Assembly: GCA_002269645.1 (NCBI GenBank)
Contig: NIVC01000237.1
Span: forward strand, 529,153 to 593,152
DNA from: Macrostomum lignano
Lineage: Eukaryota
DNA: 64,000 nucleotides
Direction of reading: 5' to 3'
Shown here: positions 36,501 through 47,813 of the stretch, one piece after another
Numbering within the stretch: position 1 is the first letter of the stretch
Layout: the number at the start of each line of letters is the position of its first letter
Notes under the pieces: generated by a model
What the model saw: only the letters and a program-made list of their open reading frames with translations
The model's database searches: none
Told to the model about the DNA's origin: nothing
Translations under genes and position numbers: made by a program

Positions 36501-39500
36501 TTACTGGCCATACCCTCTGCGGTGCGCCACATGCCTCCGTATGACTCGACGCCACTGATGGTGTTGCGCAGGTTGGCCGCACGCTGCTGCTTTTTGCGCT
36601 GCCTCTCATCGAGCTTGCGCCGCATGAGCTCCTGGCGTCGCTCACGATTCAGGGTTGCCAATCTGGCTGCCCGACTCTCCATCAGCGGCGCAAGGGCCCG
36701 GGCCCGGGTCAAGATGAGGTCCTTCTCGCCCTCGGACTTTTCCCGGAGCCAGTCGGCGGTGCGATTCTGGCCGAACAGGACGGTGGACTCCCTGGCCAGA
36801 AGCCTCATGTGCGGCTTGCCCTGGACTGAGTAGTCTAGTGCCGCAAACATTCGCTCCCCGGCGACGTTGTCCTTCGGTGCCTGTGCAGCCGCGGCTGAGT
36901 CCTCAGTGGAGAGGCTACGTAGGCGGCCGCCGTCAAGGTGGTCTGCCACTTCTCTCTGAAGCAGCACCAACATGTGGGCGCAGATGACCTGGTGTAGAAG
37001 AGAATGAAAAATAGTAGTGGAATTTTTTTCAAACAATTTCATTTATCACTGACACATAACTATTGATGTTTTTGTCTGCTTCTGTTCATAGTCCTAGCTT
37101 TTTTAACTAACCTGAAGGGCTTGGCCGACAAGGCTGTTCTCCTCCAGGGACGCCTCCGCAGTCGTCAGCGCCTCCCAGGAGGTCTGCGCGTCAGCATCCC
37201 GCAGTACGGAGTGCGCCAGCTCGGGGAACGGGCCCTGCAGCTCAACCGATGGGGCGACACTGTCGGCCGAGGCGACGCTCTGCAGCCAACGATGGGCAGT
37301 CTCATAGTGCCGATTCATATCGATCAGCGTGACGCCTGAGTCGCGCAGCAGCGTCCACAGAGGCCGGATGAGCAGCAGGTCGAGTAACCCAAGGGCACGA
37401 CAGCCAGCCAGCAGCACTCCGGAGGCGAGGTCAGCTTCCACCGCAAGCAGCAGGCGGTTCTTACCCTCCGACGCGGACAGAAAGGCCGATAGCACGTCCT
37501 TCTGCCGGTAGAGAAAGCCGCCATTGGGGAAAATCACATAAAGGCGATTCCCTCTGAAGTCCTCCATTCGGAAGGCCGGCTTATCGTGAATCGCCAAGTA
37601 GGACTCCAGCGATGTAAAGACACCGCATTGCTCACTGCCTAGGTGATGAAAGGCCTTGCAAACAGTGCGGATCAGCCGCTGGGCGCCAGACTCTGCCTTT
37701 GACGGGTAAAAACCTGCACACGCAGCAGCGCCAAGGGGCCCCAACGAGGCGCACTTCTCGAAATCGAGCAGCGCCTTGTCTGCAACACCAGCCAAATTCA
37801 CAATGACGTGCATGCCGCAGAAGAGGGCCACCATGCGAGGAGGCGCCGGCGCTCCCTGCCGATCGGCTAGCTGGGAGCGCATGTCGTTGAGCAGAAGCTG
37901 TTTTAATGTTCATTTTTGTACGAAAAAATGTAACAACCGTATTACTTATTATTATTATTGTGTTTCAGTTTACGTTTACTGCCGGCTTGGTTTAAATTAC
38001 TAGTTATATTACTTAAAAGTTTACAAAAATAGGTGTTATAATATTAATAAGTACTAAGTAGTACTAGTAGGGCATTATTATTAATTAAGCAATTAAGTCC
38101 GAGGCCAAACGGCAAAAGGGTGTACAAACGTGAAGGCTTTTGTTGACAACGTGCCGGTCCGTCATCAGAAACTTCAGGGTCATCACCACGTTGCTCTTCA
38201 TTTCCTGGCGCTCCTCGTCGCTGCGATCTCCAAGCGTGAGGGCGCAGTAGTTGTACACCAGATCGTCCATGCTGGCGTCGAACTCGCGGAAATACACTTC
38301 CGCAGTGCCGCCCTCCACCTCACGCAGCGACAGGCAGACGGTGCGGTTGGCGCCCAAGCCAGTGTCAATCTGCAAATTAGTGATTGTAATGTATTGTAAA
38401 TTTAAGAATTACGTATGCATTTTTTAGCAGCAAACATTCCAACTTTTTTACTGCTTTTTGCTTTTAATACTATTGTTGTTACACTTAAACACAGCTGTTG
38501 TAATGTGTTAAACGGGTTGGGTGGTATGGGTTCTTTTTCAGGCTCACCTGGTACTCGGCATAATGACGACCCTTCTTGGAGGTGCCATCAGTCATCAGCG
38601 TCAGCGGGCGATTCGCCAATGAGGCTGCCAGGACGCTGTCCAGGCCACTGGCTTTTGCCAGGCAATTGCCCACGCTGAATGCTGTGGAAGCCACCAGTGA
38701 TTTTGACGGAAGCGGCAAGACAGTGGGGCTCGCATCGAACGACGTCAGCCCAGACAGGACACACCGGATGCAGGGCGAGACATATCGAACCGGGACGTGG
38801 CAGTCCAGGACGAGATTGACGCATGTCTCGATGACCTGGTCGGAAACAGGGTCGTAAAATTGAAACTAAAAGTTAAAATATTTCAATTAAAACATGATAA
38901 TTATCTTGTTTGTCATTGCCATGCTCGCCAATTGTCACGTTTTTTCTTCTATACAGTACAGTTTATAAATTATAGATACAAAAACCACCCAGTTTACAGA
39001 CTAAATGAAAGGAAACAAACCTAAATGAAATTAAGCAAAACAGAGTAAGGCTGTCTTACCCGATTCGTGAACTGCATGCCACCTTGAGAAGGCCGCTTCT
39101 CCATTGTCGCCAGCCCTCTGCCCTGCGCAGCCTCTTCCAGCAACTCGGATGCCTGGTCCAGGCTGCTGTGCAGCTCGTGAATGTGGCTGCGCAGTTCGCC
39201 GACCTGCTTCTTGCTCTTCTGCAGGCCGGCATTGTTGCCGTTGAGCTGCTGTAGGCGGCTGCGCAGTGTCCTATTCGCCTCTTTTAAGCGCAATATTGTG
39301 CGCTTCTGCTGCAGGGCTGCGTCATGGGCCTTGTCCAGACGGTCATGAAGCCGGCGCAGCTGATGGGAAACCACCTTTCGAGGGAGTCGTCTGGCAAGAC
39401 GGCGCTCCAGCCTCTGCTGCTCCTGCTGCTTTTCCAGCAGCTGGGCACGAAGCTCATCGATGATTTCCTTCAGAGCTGCCTCCACGCCCAACTGTTCGTC

Positions 39501-42500
39501 TATGGACATGCCCGACACAGCAGACGTAGCACTAGCAGCAGCAGCAGCACCGCGTCCAGGTGTGGCAGCAGCCTGAGCATCGTCAGTATTGTTGGCATCG
39601 CTGTCATCACTCTGCTGCTGCTCACCACCAGTGATATCACGCTTAGGCGTCACGGACAGCTGCTGTAGCTCCTGCAGCAGAACGTTCGGTACATCCAGGT
39701 CACCCTTGACGTAATTTTCGTACGACGAGGGCTTCCCAGCAGCCACCTCCTCATAGTGGCGCCGACGCAGGACCACAGCATTGCCCCTCTCACGTTCGAC
39801 CTTGCGCAGAAGGGCCTCCTTCGAACGCAAGCTGACAGCTGTGGGGGGAAGGCCCATGGCACGCAGGAGGCGGGTCGCTCGACTGGCGCCATTCTCGCCC
39901 TTGGCCTTGGCTTTATCGACAAATTTGATGGCTCTCTCAATGGAGATGGGGATCAGGCGATCCATTGGACTTGGACAAGTGGGAGTGGGGTCAAGGACAC
40001 GAGGACACTAAACTAAATAAAACAGTTCAGTTGACAATAAATCTGGCAATTGTAGAAAAGCAATTGTAGCTTTTGTATCTTCACTACTTCAGTAGCTGGA
40101 ATGCAGTAAAAAGAGCAGGGGTCAGAAAGGTAAATAATAATTATAATATGTAATTATAAATGGACTAAAATGACTAACCAGTTTGACTTTCACTGTCTCA
40201 GTTACAAGTACAAGATAGTATGAACCCTAGGCCTAGCCTGGCATAGGCCAGCCAGGACTATATATATAGCTATGAGACTGTATAACTATATGTTATAGTA
40301 TAAGTATAATATAATTAACATATATTATACATATAATTATATATAATGAATAATTGTTTCAACTTAACTTCTTGAGAGTTGACTGAAGTCCCCTGAGCCT
40401 AAATGACTATGTATGATATGACTATGAGTCTTGCACGAGTTATGACCATGCCTGAAGACTGAGCCTAAATCTAGTAAATGATCTTTAACTTGTTTACTTT
40501 TAAGGTTAACTTAAATTTAAAATTAAATATACACTTTTGCAAAATAATTGTGTCTTGTGAACTGATGGACAAAATCAAACAGAAAATGTGCTGCAGATAT
40601 GCCAAAAAGCTAAAAAACAGTGATAAAAAGGCAACAAAAAAGTAGAAAATGTTTTCTATAACCTACATATAAAGAAAGAAGGTACACACAGTTGTAGAAA
40701 CAACTGTTTGTCATATAAATGTAAAGTTTCACTGCTGAAACCAAGATATTTTTCAACTTGTAGACAAAAAAGTTCTAAAAACTTGCCCGGATGAGCCAAA
40801 AAGCTAAAATAAGTGACAAAAATAGAGATAAAAAGTTTTTAAAAAATGTTCCACCCTAAATAGAAACTCCAAAATTTATCTATGAGTACAAACCACTGTT
40901 TACCTTTAATTTGCAAAGTCTCACTACAAAAGGCAGGATAGTTTCTAACTTACTGACAAAAGAATTAAAAAATCATGCTCCGGCATATGCCATTTTTTTC
41001 AACTTTTGTAACAACATGTAAGCATATTTTTCATATCCAACCATGTAATGACAGAAAAAGCATGGCAAAAGAAGCAAAACAAGTAGATCTTTGAAATAAG
41101 ACCAAAAGTAGCAAATTTGGACAAAAAATGACTATTTTACACTCTACTAAAGTACCTTTTTTCAAAACTGATATCAAAAAGGGAACAAGCCCATAGTGTA
41201 ATTTTTATATCTAAAAAAACGCAAATTTTGAATCTTTAAATAGCCATAACTTTTTTATCACTTGACCAATCTTAACAATCTTGGCCATTTTGGAAATCAC
41301 TCAAGACCCTCTATCATGCTAGACAAGAAAAAATAGGATACCATAAACTTTAGAAAACTCACTGGACAGCCTAATAAAATATGTATAACTTTTTTTAAAT
41401 TCCGAATCATACCATGGCATAAGTGTAATATAGTATGTTAGAAAAATATAATATTTGCAATGGTATATTATTAATTTTTTTCCTAAATAGTAAAAAAGGT
41501 CATTCAACTTTGCAAGTAAATTTCTTAAGAAAATGTCTATCATAAGTCCCATAGTTCGGCTTGTGTATTAGTGTATGCCAGGTTAAATGCCAAAAAATGA
41601 CAAGATCTTATTTGTATATCATGGTTTGTATGTCAATACAAAATACATATCATTTGACACAATGTATCTGCTATCATGTACCCTAGGATATATCCTGATA
41701 TATATTGAAAAATAGTAAGACTAAGACCTTTGTTTCTAGACTCTAGATAATATATATGTATGCTAGAAAATTCTGGCATACAGAAGGACTTAGAGTACAC
41801 TATTGGTAAACAACTTAGCATATAAAAAGGCCTAGCATCCACATTTCAGATCATATAATAGTAGTATATGCCTGAAAATTTGGGCATGCATTGGCCTTGC
41901 ATGCCAAAATTAGGCATGCACAATTTTCATGTATCACTCCTGAGAAAGAAATATGCATATATACTTAGTATAAAATTTATAGAATCACATGGAAGAGTTA
42001 TTAGGAAGTAGAAAAAAAAATAGAAAAAAGTTAAATTTCAAGCATAAATTTCAAACTTTCCAGTTTTTTCAAGCTTAGAATAAAGCATAAACAAAACTTT
42101 GCATGTATCAATTTTCTGCTATGAATAGTATTGCCAAAAAAGCATTAAAATCAATTAAACTATCTGATAGTAAGGGTATATTACACAATTTAAAAAAGGT
42201 CATTTATTATCAAAACTTAAAAAGGTCATTTATTGTTGCAACACTGGCATTTTTGAGAATGGGCATGCACTAAATTTTTTTGGTGTGCATTTGTAATTAT
42301 TCAATTTTTGTTCAGGTGTGCACCTAGCATGATCTGGACTATGGCCTGGCATGCCTCTTAGTGTATAGCTTGGCATATAGAGATTGCCAAGAGAACAGGT
42401 AGGACCAAAAGTTCTGAGTCCCAATCAATCTACACAATTAGCATATAAAAATATTGGAAAGAATAGCCAGCCCTTTACAAAAAATGAAAAACTAAATAAG

Positions 42501-45500
42501 AAAAACTGGGTTAAACTTTTCTAAGAAATTCAAAGTAAAACAAAAAATAGTTAAAATGAACTTGTTGTATACAGTTTAGTAAAAAATTACCAGTTTTAAT
42601 ACATTAATTTTTCAAGTAATAAAATTTTGCAAGTTGATAATATTGGTCATAATTTATAATTTTTTGGCATATTTTTTATGCAATAAAAAGTTCATTGGCA
42701 TACATGAGCTATGGAAACAATTTTCATTCTGGTGTATAGCTATACACAATCCTGACTATGGCCTTGTTATACACTGAGAAATCCTAGTGTACATGTTGCC
42801 TTCCAAACTATGGCATTAGTCATTTACCCAATTGTTTTACATTTATAAAGCATAGCAAACAACATATTATAAGTCTAAATATAATAGGCATTAAATATAA
42901 AATATATTACTGTTATTTTAACTAGTATATGTATTGCATATATTTCTTCTAGTTCTGGGCATTCCCAAGATTAAAAGGTCAATAGGCCTTCAGTATTTTA
43001 TAAGTCAGCTTTGAGATCTATTTTAGCTCCTTTACTTTAATTTTCTATTTCTCAGTAGTATATATAGTATATGCTCTTTTTACTTCACTTTATTGAAAAT
43101 TAACTAAGTTGAATTGAATTCTCAAAAATTTAATTTTACTTGGGACATTTCTTATTAATAGCTAACTTTGTTATTACTGGCAGGTGAAGTTGGTTCTCTT
43201 TGAAAATTTGAACCCATAATCTTAAAGAAGCTATTTTGTGAATAAATATTCATACATATGCAGCAGGGTCTAGGGCATCCTTGCACCATGTGCATGGGTA
43301 TATAAGAAAGTTTTTGTGTGCCATGCAGTGAAGTTTTTTCTGCATGCAATATTCTACCAATGGTGAGCTATGTAGGTAAAATATATTAAATATTAGTTGT
43401 GTTAAGTAAATTTCATTAAATTTTCAATTTTAGCTGTGGCCTCTGCTATCCGTACTAGCCTTGGTCCACGGGGCATGGATAAGATGGTGAGCTTTTCATT
43501 TATATACATTTGTGAAGCAATTCTGCGACTAATTAGTTGCTTCCTGTATCCTCTATTTGCAGATCCAAGAAGGCAAGGGCGAAGTGACAATTACTAACGA
43601 TGGAGCCACCATCCTCAAGCAGATGAAGGTGATCCATCCGGCTGCCAAGATGCTGGTTGAGCTGTCCAAAGCTCAGGATATTGAAGCCGGAGACGGTACC
43701 ACTTCAGTGGTTGTGCTAGCTGGCAGCATGCTGGAGGCCAGTCAAAAACTGCTGTCTAAGGGCATCCACCCGACCATCATCTCGGAGTCCTTTCAGCGGG
43801 CCGCCGCACGCGCCTGCAACATTCTCGACACTCTGGCCACGCCGGTACGGGTCTCTAGCCTTGATTAGTATATAATAGCTAGTCAAATTAGCTGGTTTGA
43901 TAAAAAAATACAATTAGAGGTCACAGCGCAAGTGAAGGTCATACTAGTGCGTACCGAGGGCGTACAGTGCGATTGGAGGTCATATAGCTCGATTGTGGTC
44001 ATACAGTGCAATTGGGGTTCTTATATGTCGATTGGAGGTCGTACAGTGCGATTGGAGTTCATGTAAGGCGACTGGAGGCCATAAAGTACAATTGGAGGTC
44101 ATAAAGTTCGATTGTGGTCATACAGTGCGATTGGAGATCATAAAGTACGATTGGAGATCATACAGTGCGATTGGAGATCATAAAGTACGATTGGAGATCA
44201 TACAGTGCGATTGGAAATCATACAGTGCGATTGGAGATCATACAGTGCGATTGGAGATCATACAGTGCGATTGGAGATCATAAAGTACGATTGGAGATCA
44301 TACAGTGCGATTGGAGATCATAAAGTACGATTGGAGATCATACAGTGTGATTGGAGGTCCTGCATTGAGATTCAGCTCATTTATTGAAATTAAGGGTCAG
44401 TCAGTACAAAGTAGGAAATAAGATCATCCACCCAGCATAACTCAGGGTAACCTAGTAACGCCTATTCCATTTTAAGCATTAATATGTTACCCCATATAAT
44501 TCCCGTTTAACCTGCAGGTGGACATGACTGACAGGCAGATGCTGATGAAGATTGCGTCCACCTCGCTCAACTCGAAGGTTGTGTCGCAGTACTCCAGCGT
44601 CCTCGCCCCAATCGCCGTCAACGCCGTCTTGTCCGTCTGCGGCGGGCCGGACATCGTCAGCCTGAACGACATCCGCGTTGTGAAGAAACTCGGCGGCACC
44701 GTGGAGGACACGGAGATGATCCCCGGCCTTCTGCTGGACCACAAGACCTGCTCATCAAGCGGTGGAGTCCATCGGATGGAGAAGGCCCGCATCGGCCTCA
44801 TCCAGTTCTGCATCTCGCCGCCAAAGACTGACATGGAGAATACCGTTGTGCTCAACGACTACACCCAGATGGATCGCGTGCTCAAAGAGGAGCGCATGTA
44901 CATCTTGAACATCGTCAAGGAGATTAAGAAGGCCGGCTGCAACGTGCTGTTCATCCAGAAGAGCATCCTGCGCGACGCTGTCAACGATCTGGCGCTGCAC
45001 TTCCTGGCCAAGATGAAGATCCTCGTGGTGAAGGACATCGAACGGGACGAAGTTGAGTTCATCTGCAAGACCCTCAACTGTCGGCCCATCGCCTCTCTGG
45101 ACCATTTCAACCCGGACATGCTGGGCACTGCGGAACTGGTCGAGGAGGTGCAAACCGGCTTGTCTAAGATTACCAAGGTGTGGATTCAATGGCTAATCAT
45201 GTTTTGTGAATGCAATATGGGGTGTGACAGTGACTGCAATATGGGGCGTGTCAGTGACTGCAGTATGGGGTGTGACAGTGACTGCAATATGTGGTGTGAC
45301 AGTGACTGCAATATGGGGTGTGACAGTGACTGCAATATGGGGTGTGACAGTGACTGCAATATGGGGTGTGACAATGACTCTAGTATGGGGTGTGACAGTG
45401 ACTGCAATATGGGGTGTGACAGTGACTGCAATATGGGGTGTGACAGTGACTGCAATATGGGGTGTGACAGTGGCTGCAATATGGGGTGTGACAGTGGCTG

Positions 45501-47813
45501 CAATATGGGGTGTGACAGTGACTGCAATATGGGGTATTCTTCACATAGCTATTCAAATTTTGAAATGTTAGCATGACACCCTATATGCGGTCAGGCCGTT
45601 CGAGAACAATGGCAATTCTAATGATGACATTTACAGACCTGTTTTGACGCTATCTATGAAACAGATTTTCATCCTTGCACTGAAATAAATAATAGTACAA
45701 TATTTTATATTGAATTGTCGGAAGACACAACAGGTAACCGTTGAGATTTAAGCATCCCCTTCCGCTTCCATAATTGCCATATCCCAGGTAACGGGCATCC
45801 AGAACCAGGGCAAGACCATGTCCATCCTGGTGCGCGGCTCCAACAAGCTGGTGCTGGACGAGGCCGAACGCTCGCTGCACGACGCTCTGTGCGTCATCCG
45901 CTGCCTCGTCAAGAAGAAGTGAGTTGAATCATTTTGTTTGTGTTTGCAATAAAGCGCATCGGGTGATGATTAACACAGACCTGTTTTGATGTTCAACTTG
46001 AAAACAGACATAAATTCCGAATTTATGCTGACTCGAAATGCGCTACTGATCAACTATTTATTCCAATAGTTTTTGGATGAGAGGTGCTTTTATCATAATG
46101 ATGATTACACAGACCTGTTTTGAAGCATTAACTGCTGAAAACAACTTTTTACCTTTTTCTGACTATACCGGCACCATGTAATGTACGAGCGTATGTATCT
46201 AGATAGTTTTTAGCTTTAGCCAGTAGCTGACTCAGTAGTACTGTGAGCGTTTTTGCTACATATTTAATCTGTAAAATCTCCTTCCTCAGGCAGCTCATCC
46301 CCGGCGGCGGCGCCCCCGAGATCGAGCTGTCCCAGCAGCTGACCGCCCACAGCAACACCTTGGCTGGCATCGAGCAGTACTGCGTCCGCGCCTTCGCCCA
46401 GAGCCTGGAGATCATCCCCTACACTCTGGCCGAGAACGCCGGCCTCAATGCCATTCAGACCGTCACCGAGCTGCGCAATCGCCACGCCAACGGCGAGAAA
46501 ACTGCCGGCATCAACGTGCGCAAAGGCGCCATCACCAACATCCTGGACGAGAGCGTGCTGCAGCCTCTGCTGGTTAGCACCAGTGCCGTCAGTCTGGCCG
46601 CCGAGACCGTGCGCTGCATACTCAAGATTGACGATGTGGTAAGCAAATTGAGATTGAGTCTGGCTTACAAATGCTCTGATTTTATCGGTCCGTATCATTT
46701 CTTGTTGACCTCTACATAATCCTCCGTATTCTGCAAGTCGCCTCTAGATATCCCCTCTGTTCCTCTAGATATCCCCTCTGCTCCTCTAGATAATCCCCTC
46801 TGTTCCTCTAGATATCCCCTCTGCTCCTCTAGATAATCCCCTCTGTTCCTCTAGATATCCCCTCTGTTCCTCTAGATAATCCCCTCTGTTCCTCTAGATA
46901 TCCCCTCTGTTCCTCTAGATAATCCCCTCTGTTCTTACAAATCATCTCTGTTCCTCCAGATGATCCCCTCTGTTCTTCTAGATAATCCCCTCTGTTCTTC
47001 TAGATAATCCCCTCTGTTCTTCTAGATAATCCCCTCTGTTCCTACAGAGAACCCCTCTGTTTCTCCAGATGATCCCCTCTGTTCCTCCAGATAATCCCCT
47101 CTGTTCCTCTAGATAATCCTCTCTGTTCCTCTAGATAATCCCCTCTGTGCCTCTAGATAATCCCCTCTGTTCCTCTAGATAATCCCCTCTGTTCCTCTAG
47201 ATAATCCCCTCTGTTCCTCTAGATAATCCCCTCTGTTCCTCTAGATAATCCCCTCTGTGCCTCTAAATAATCCCCTCTTTTTCTCTAGATGATCCCCCTG
47301 TTCCTCTAGATAATCCCCTCTGTTCCTCTAGATAATCCCCTCTGTTCCTCTAGATAATCCTCTCTGTTCCTCTAGATAATCCCCTCTGTGCCTCTAAATA
47401 ATCCCCTCTTTTTCTCTAGATGATCCCCTCTGTTCCTCTAGAAGATCCCCTCTGGTTATTGCTCGCGCGTTCACTTATTACTAACTCGAAAATAATGAAG
47501 GTGCCCGTCAGTGAGGCGCCTCCTCGAAGCACGCCCGAGGAGGAGCAGATGAACTGAGCTGCAGATAGATAAGCTGCATCTCAGGCTTATAATAATAGGC
47601 TGGGTAATTTGTCAATGCCTTCTTTTTGTACAGTTTAATGTTGAGTTCGTGCCATTGTTTTGTTCAAAGTTCCGAGTTGGAATTCCAAAATATTGTTGTT
47701 TTGTGTTGAGTTTTGACATTTCTCAACTGCAGTTTTGCTTTTTAAACAAAATTTTTAGAATTTTAATTTCATAACGCCGTCATCATTTTCAGATCCAGTG
47801 TATCCGAGGTTAG
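33587..47813 (+). CDS. CCT4: T-complex protein 1 subunit delta (CCT-delta), 7 exons, about 535 aa
   Basis: Exons 33587-33698, 43434-43486, 43563-43844, 44518-45177, 45788-45918, 46290-46638 and probable last exon 47793-47813 (IQCIRG*). Motifs [66 protein letters not shown] and [10 protein letters not shown]. Confidence 0.96.
34083..41373 (-). mobile_element. Autonomous hAT-superfamily (hATw-like, 7-bp TSD) DNA transposon, 7291 bp, in CCT4 intron 1, antisense to the host
   Basis: Left TIR TAGACTGTCCAGTGAG at 34083. Right TIR CTCACTGGACAGCCTA ends at 41373 (1 mismatch in 16). Perfect 7-bp TSD ATAAAAT at 34076-34082 and 41374-41380. Encloses a spliced DDE transposase gene. Confidence 0.93.
35572..39965 (-). 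CDS. hAT-like DDE transposase, 6 exons, about 1158 aa, with C-terminal RG tract and spindlin-like Tudor domain
   Basis: Exons 39060-39965, 38548-38835, 38130-38369, 37112-37897, 36430-36988, 35572-36269 are GT-AG, phase-compatible and stop-free (3477 nt). Catalytic-type motifs: [10 protein letters not shown] (D), [10 protein letters not shown] (D), FCGMH (CxxH) and [10 protein letters not shown] (E). N-terminal coiled coil. C-terminal [36 protein letters not shown]. Confidence 0.88.
43960..44360. repeat. Intronic minisatellite, 20-bp unit (GATCATACAGTGCGATTGGA)
   Basis: CCT4 intron 3. Degenerate on the 5' side, homogeneous on the 3' side. Confidence 0.92.
45210..45535. repeat. Intronic minisatellite, 24-bp unit (GACTGCAATATGGGGTGTGACAGT)
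   Basis: CCT4 intron 4. Falsely extends ORF 44518..45576 as CDSDCNMG repeats. Confidence 0.95.
46740..47455. repeat. Intronic minisatellite, 22-bp unit (CTAGATAATCCCCTCTGTTCCT)
   Basis: About 32 copies in CCT4 intron 6. Confidence 0.95.

Noticed and set aside
41380-43400. AT-rich stretch with recurring GACTATGGCC and TAGTGTAT motifs as a second element in CCT4 intron 1
   Set aside because: I could not identify matching termini or a TSD by eye.
45178-45576. Cys-rich (CDSDCNMG)n C-terminal extension of CCT4, metallothionein-like
   Set aside because: This is read-through past the donor at 45177 into an intronic 24-bp repeat. CCT4 homology resumes at 45788.
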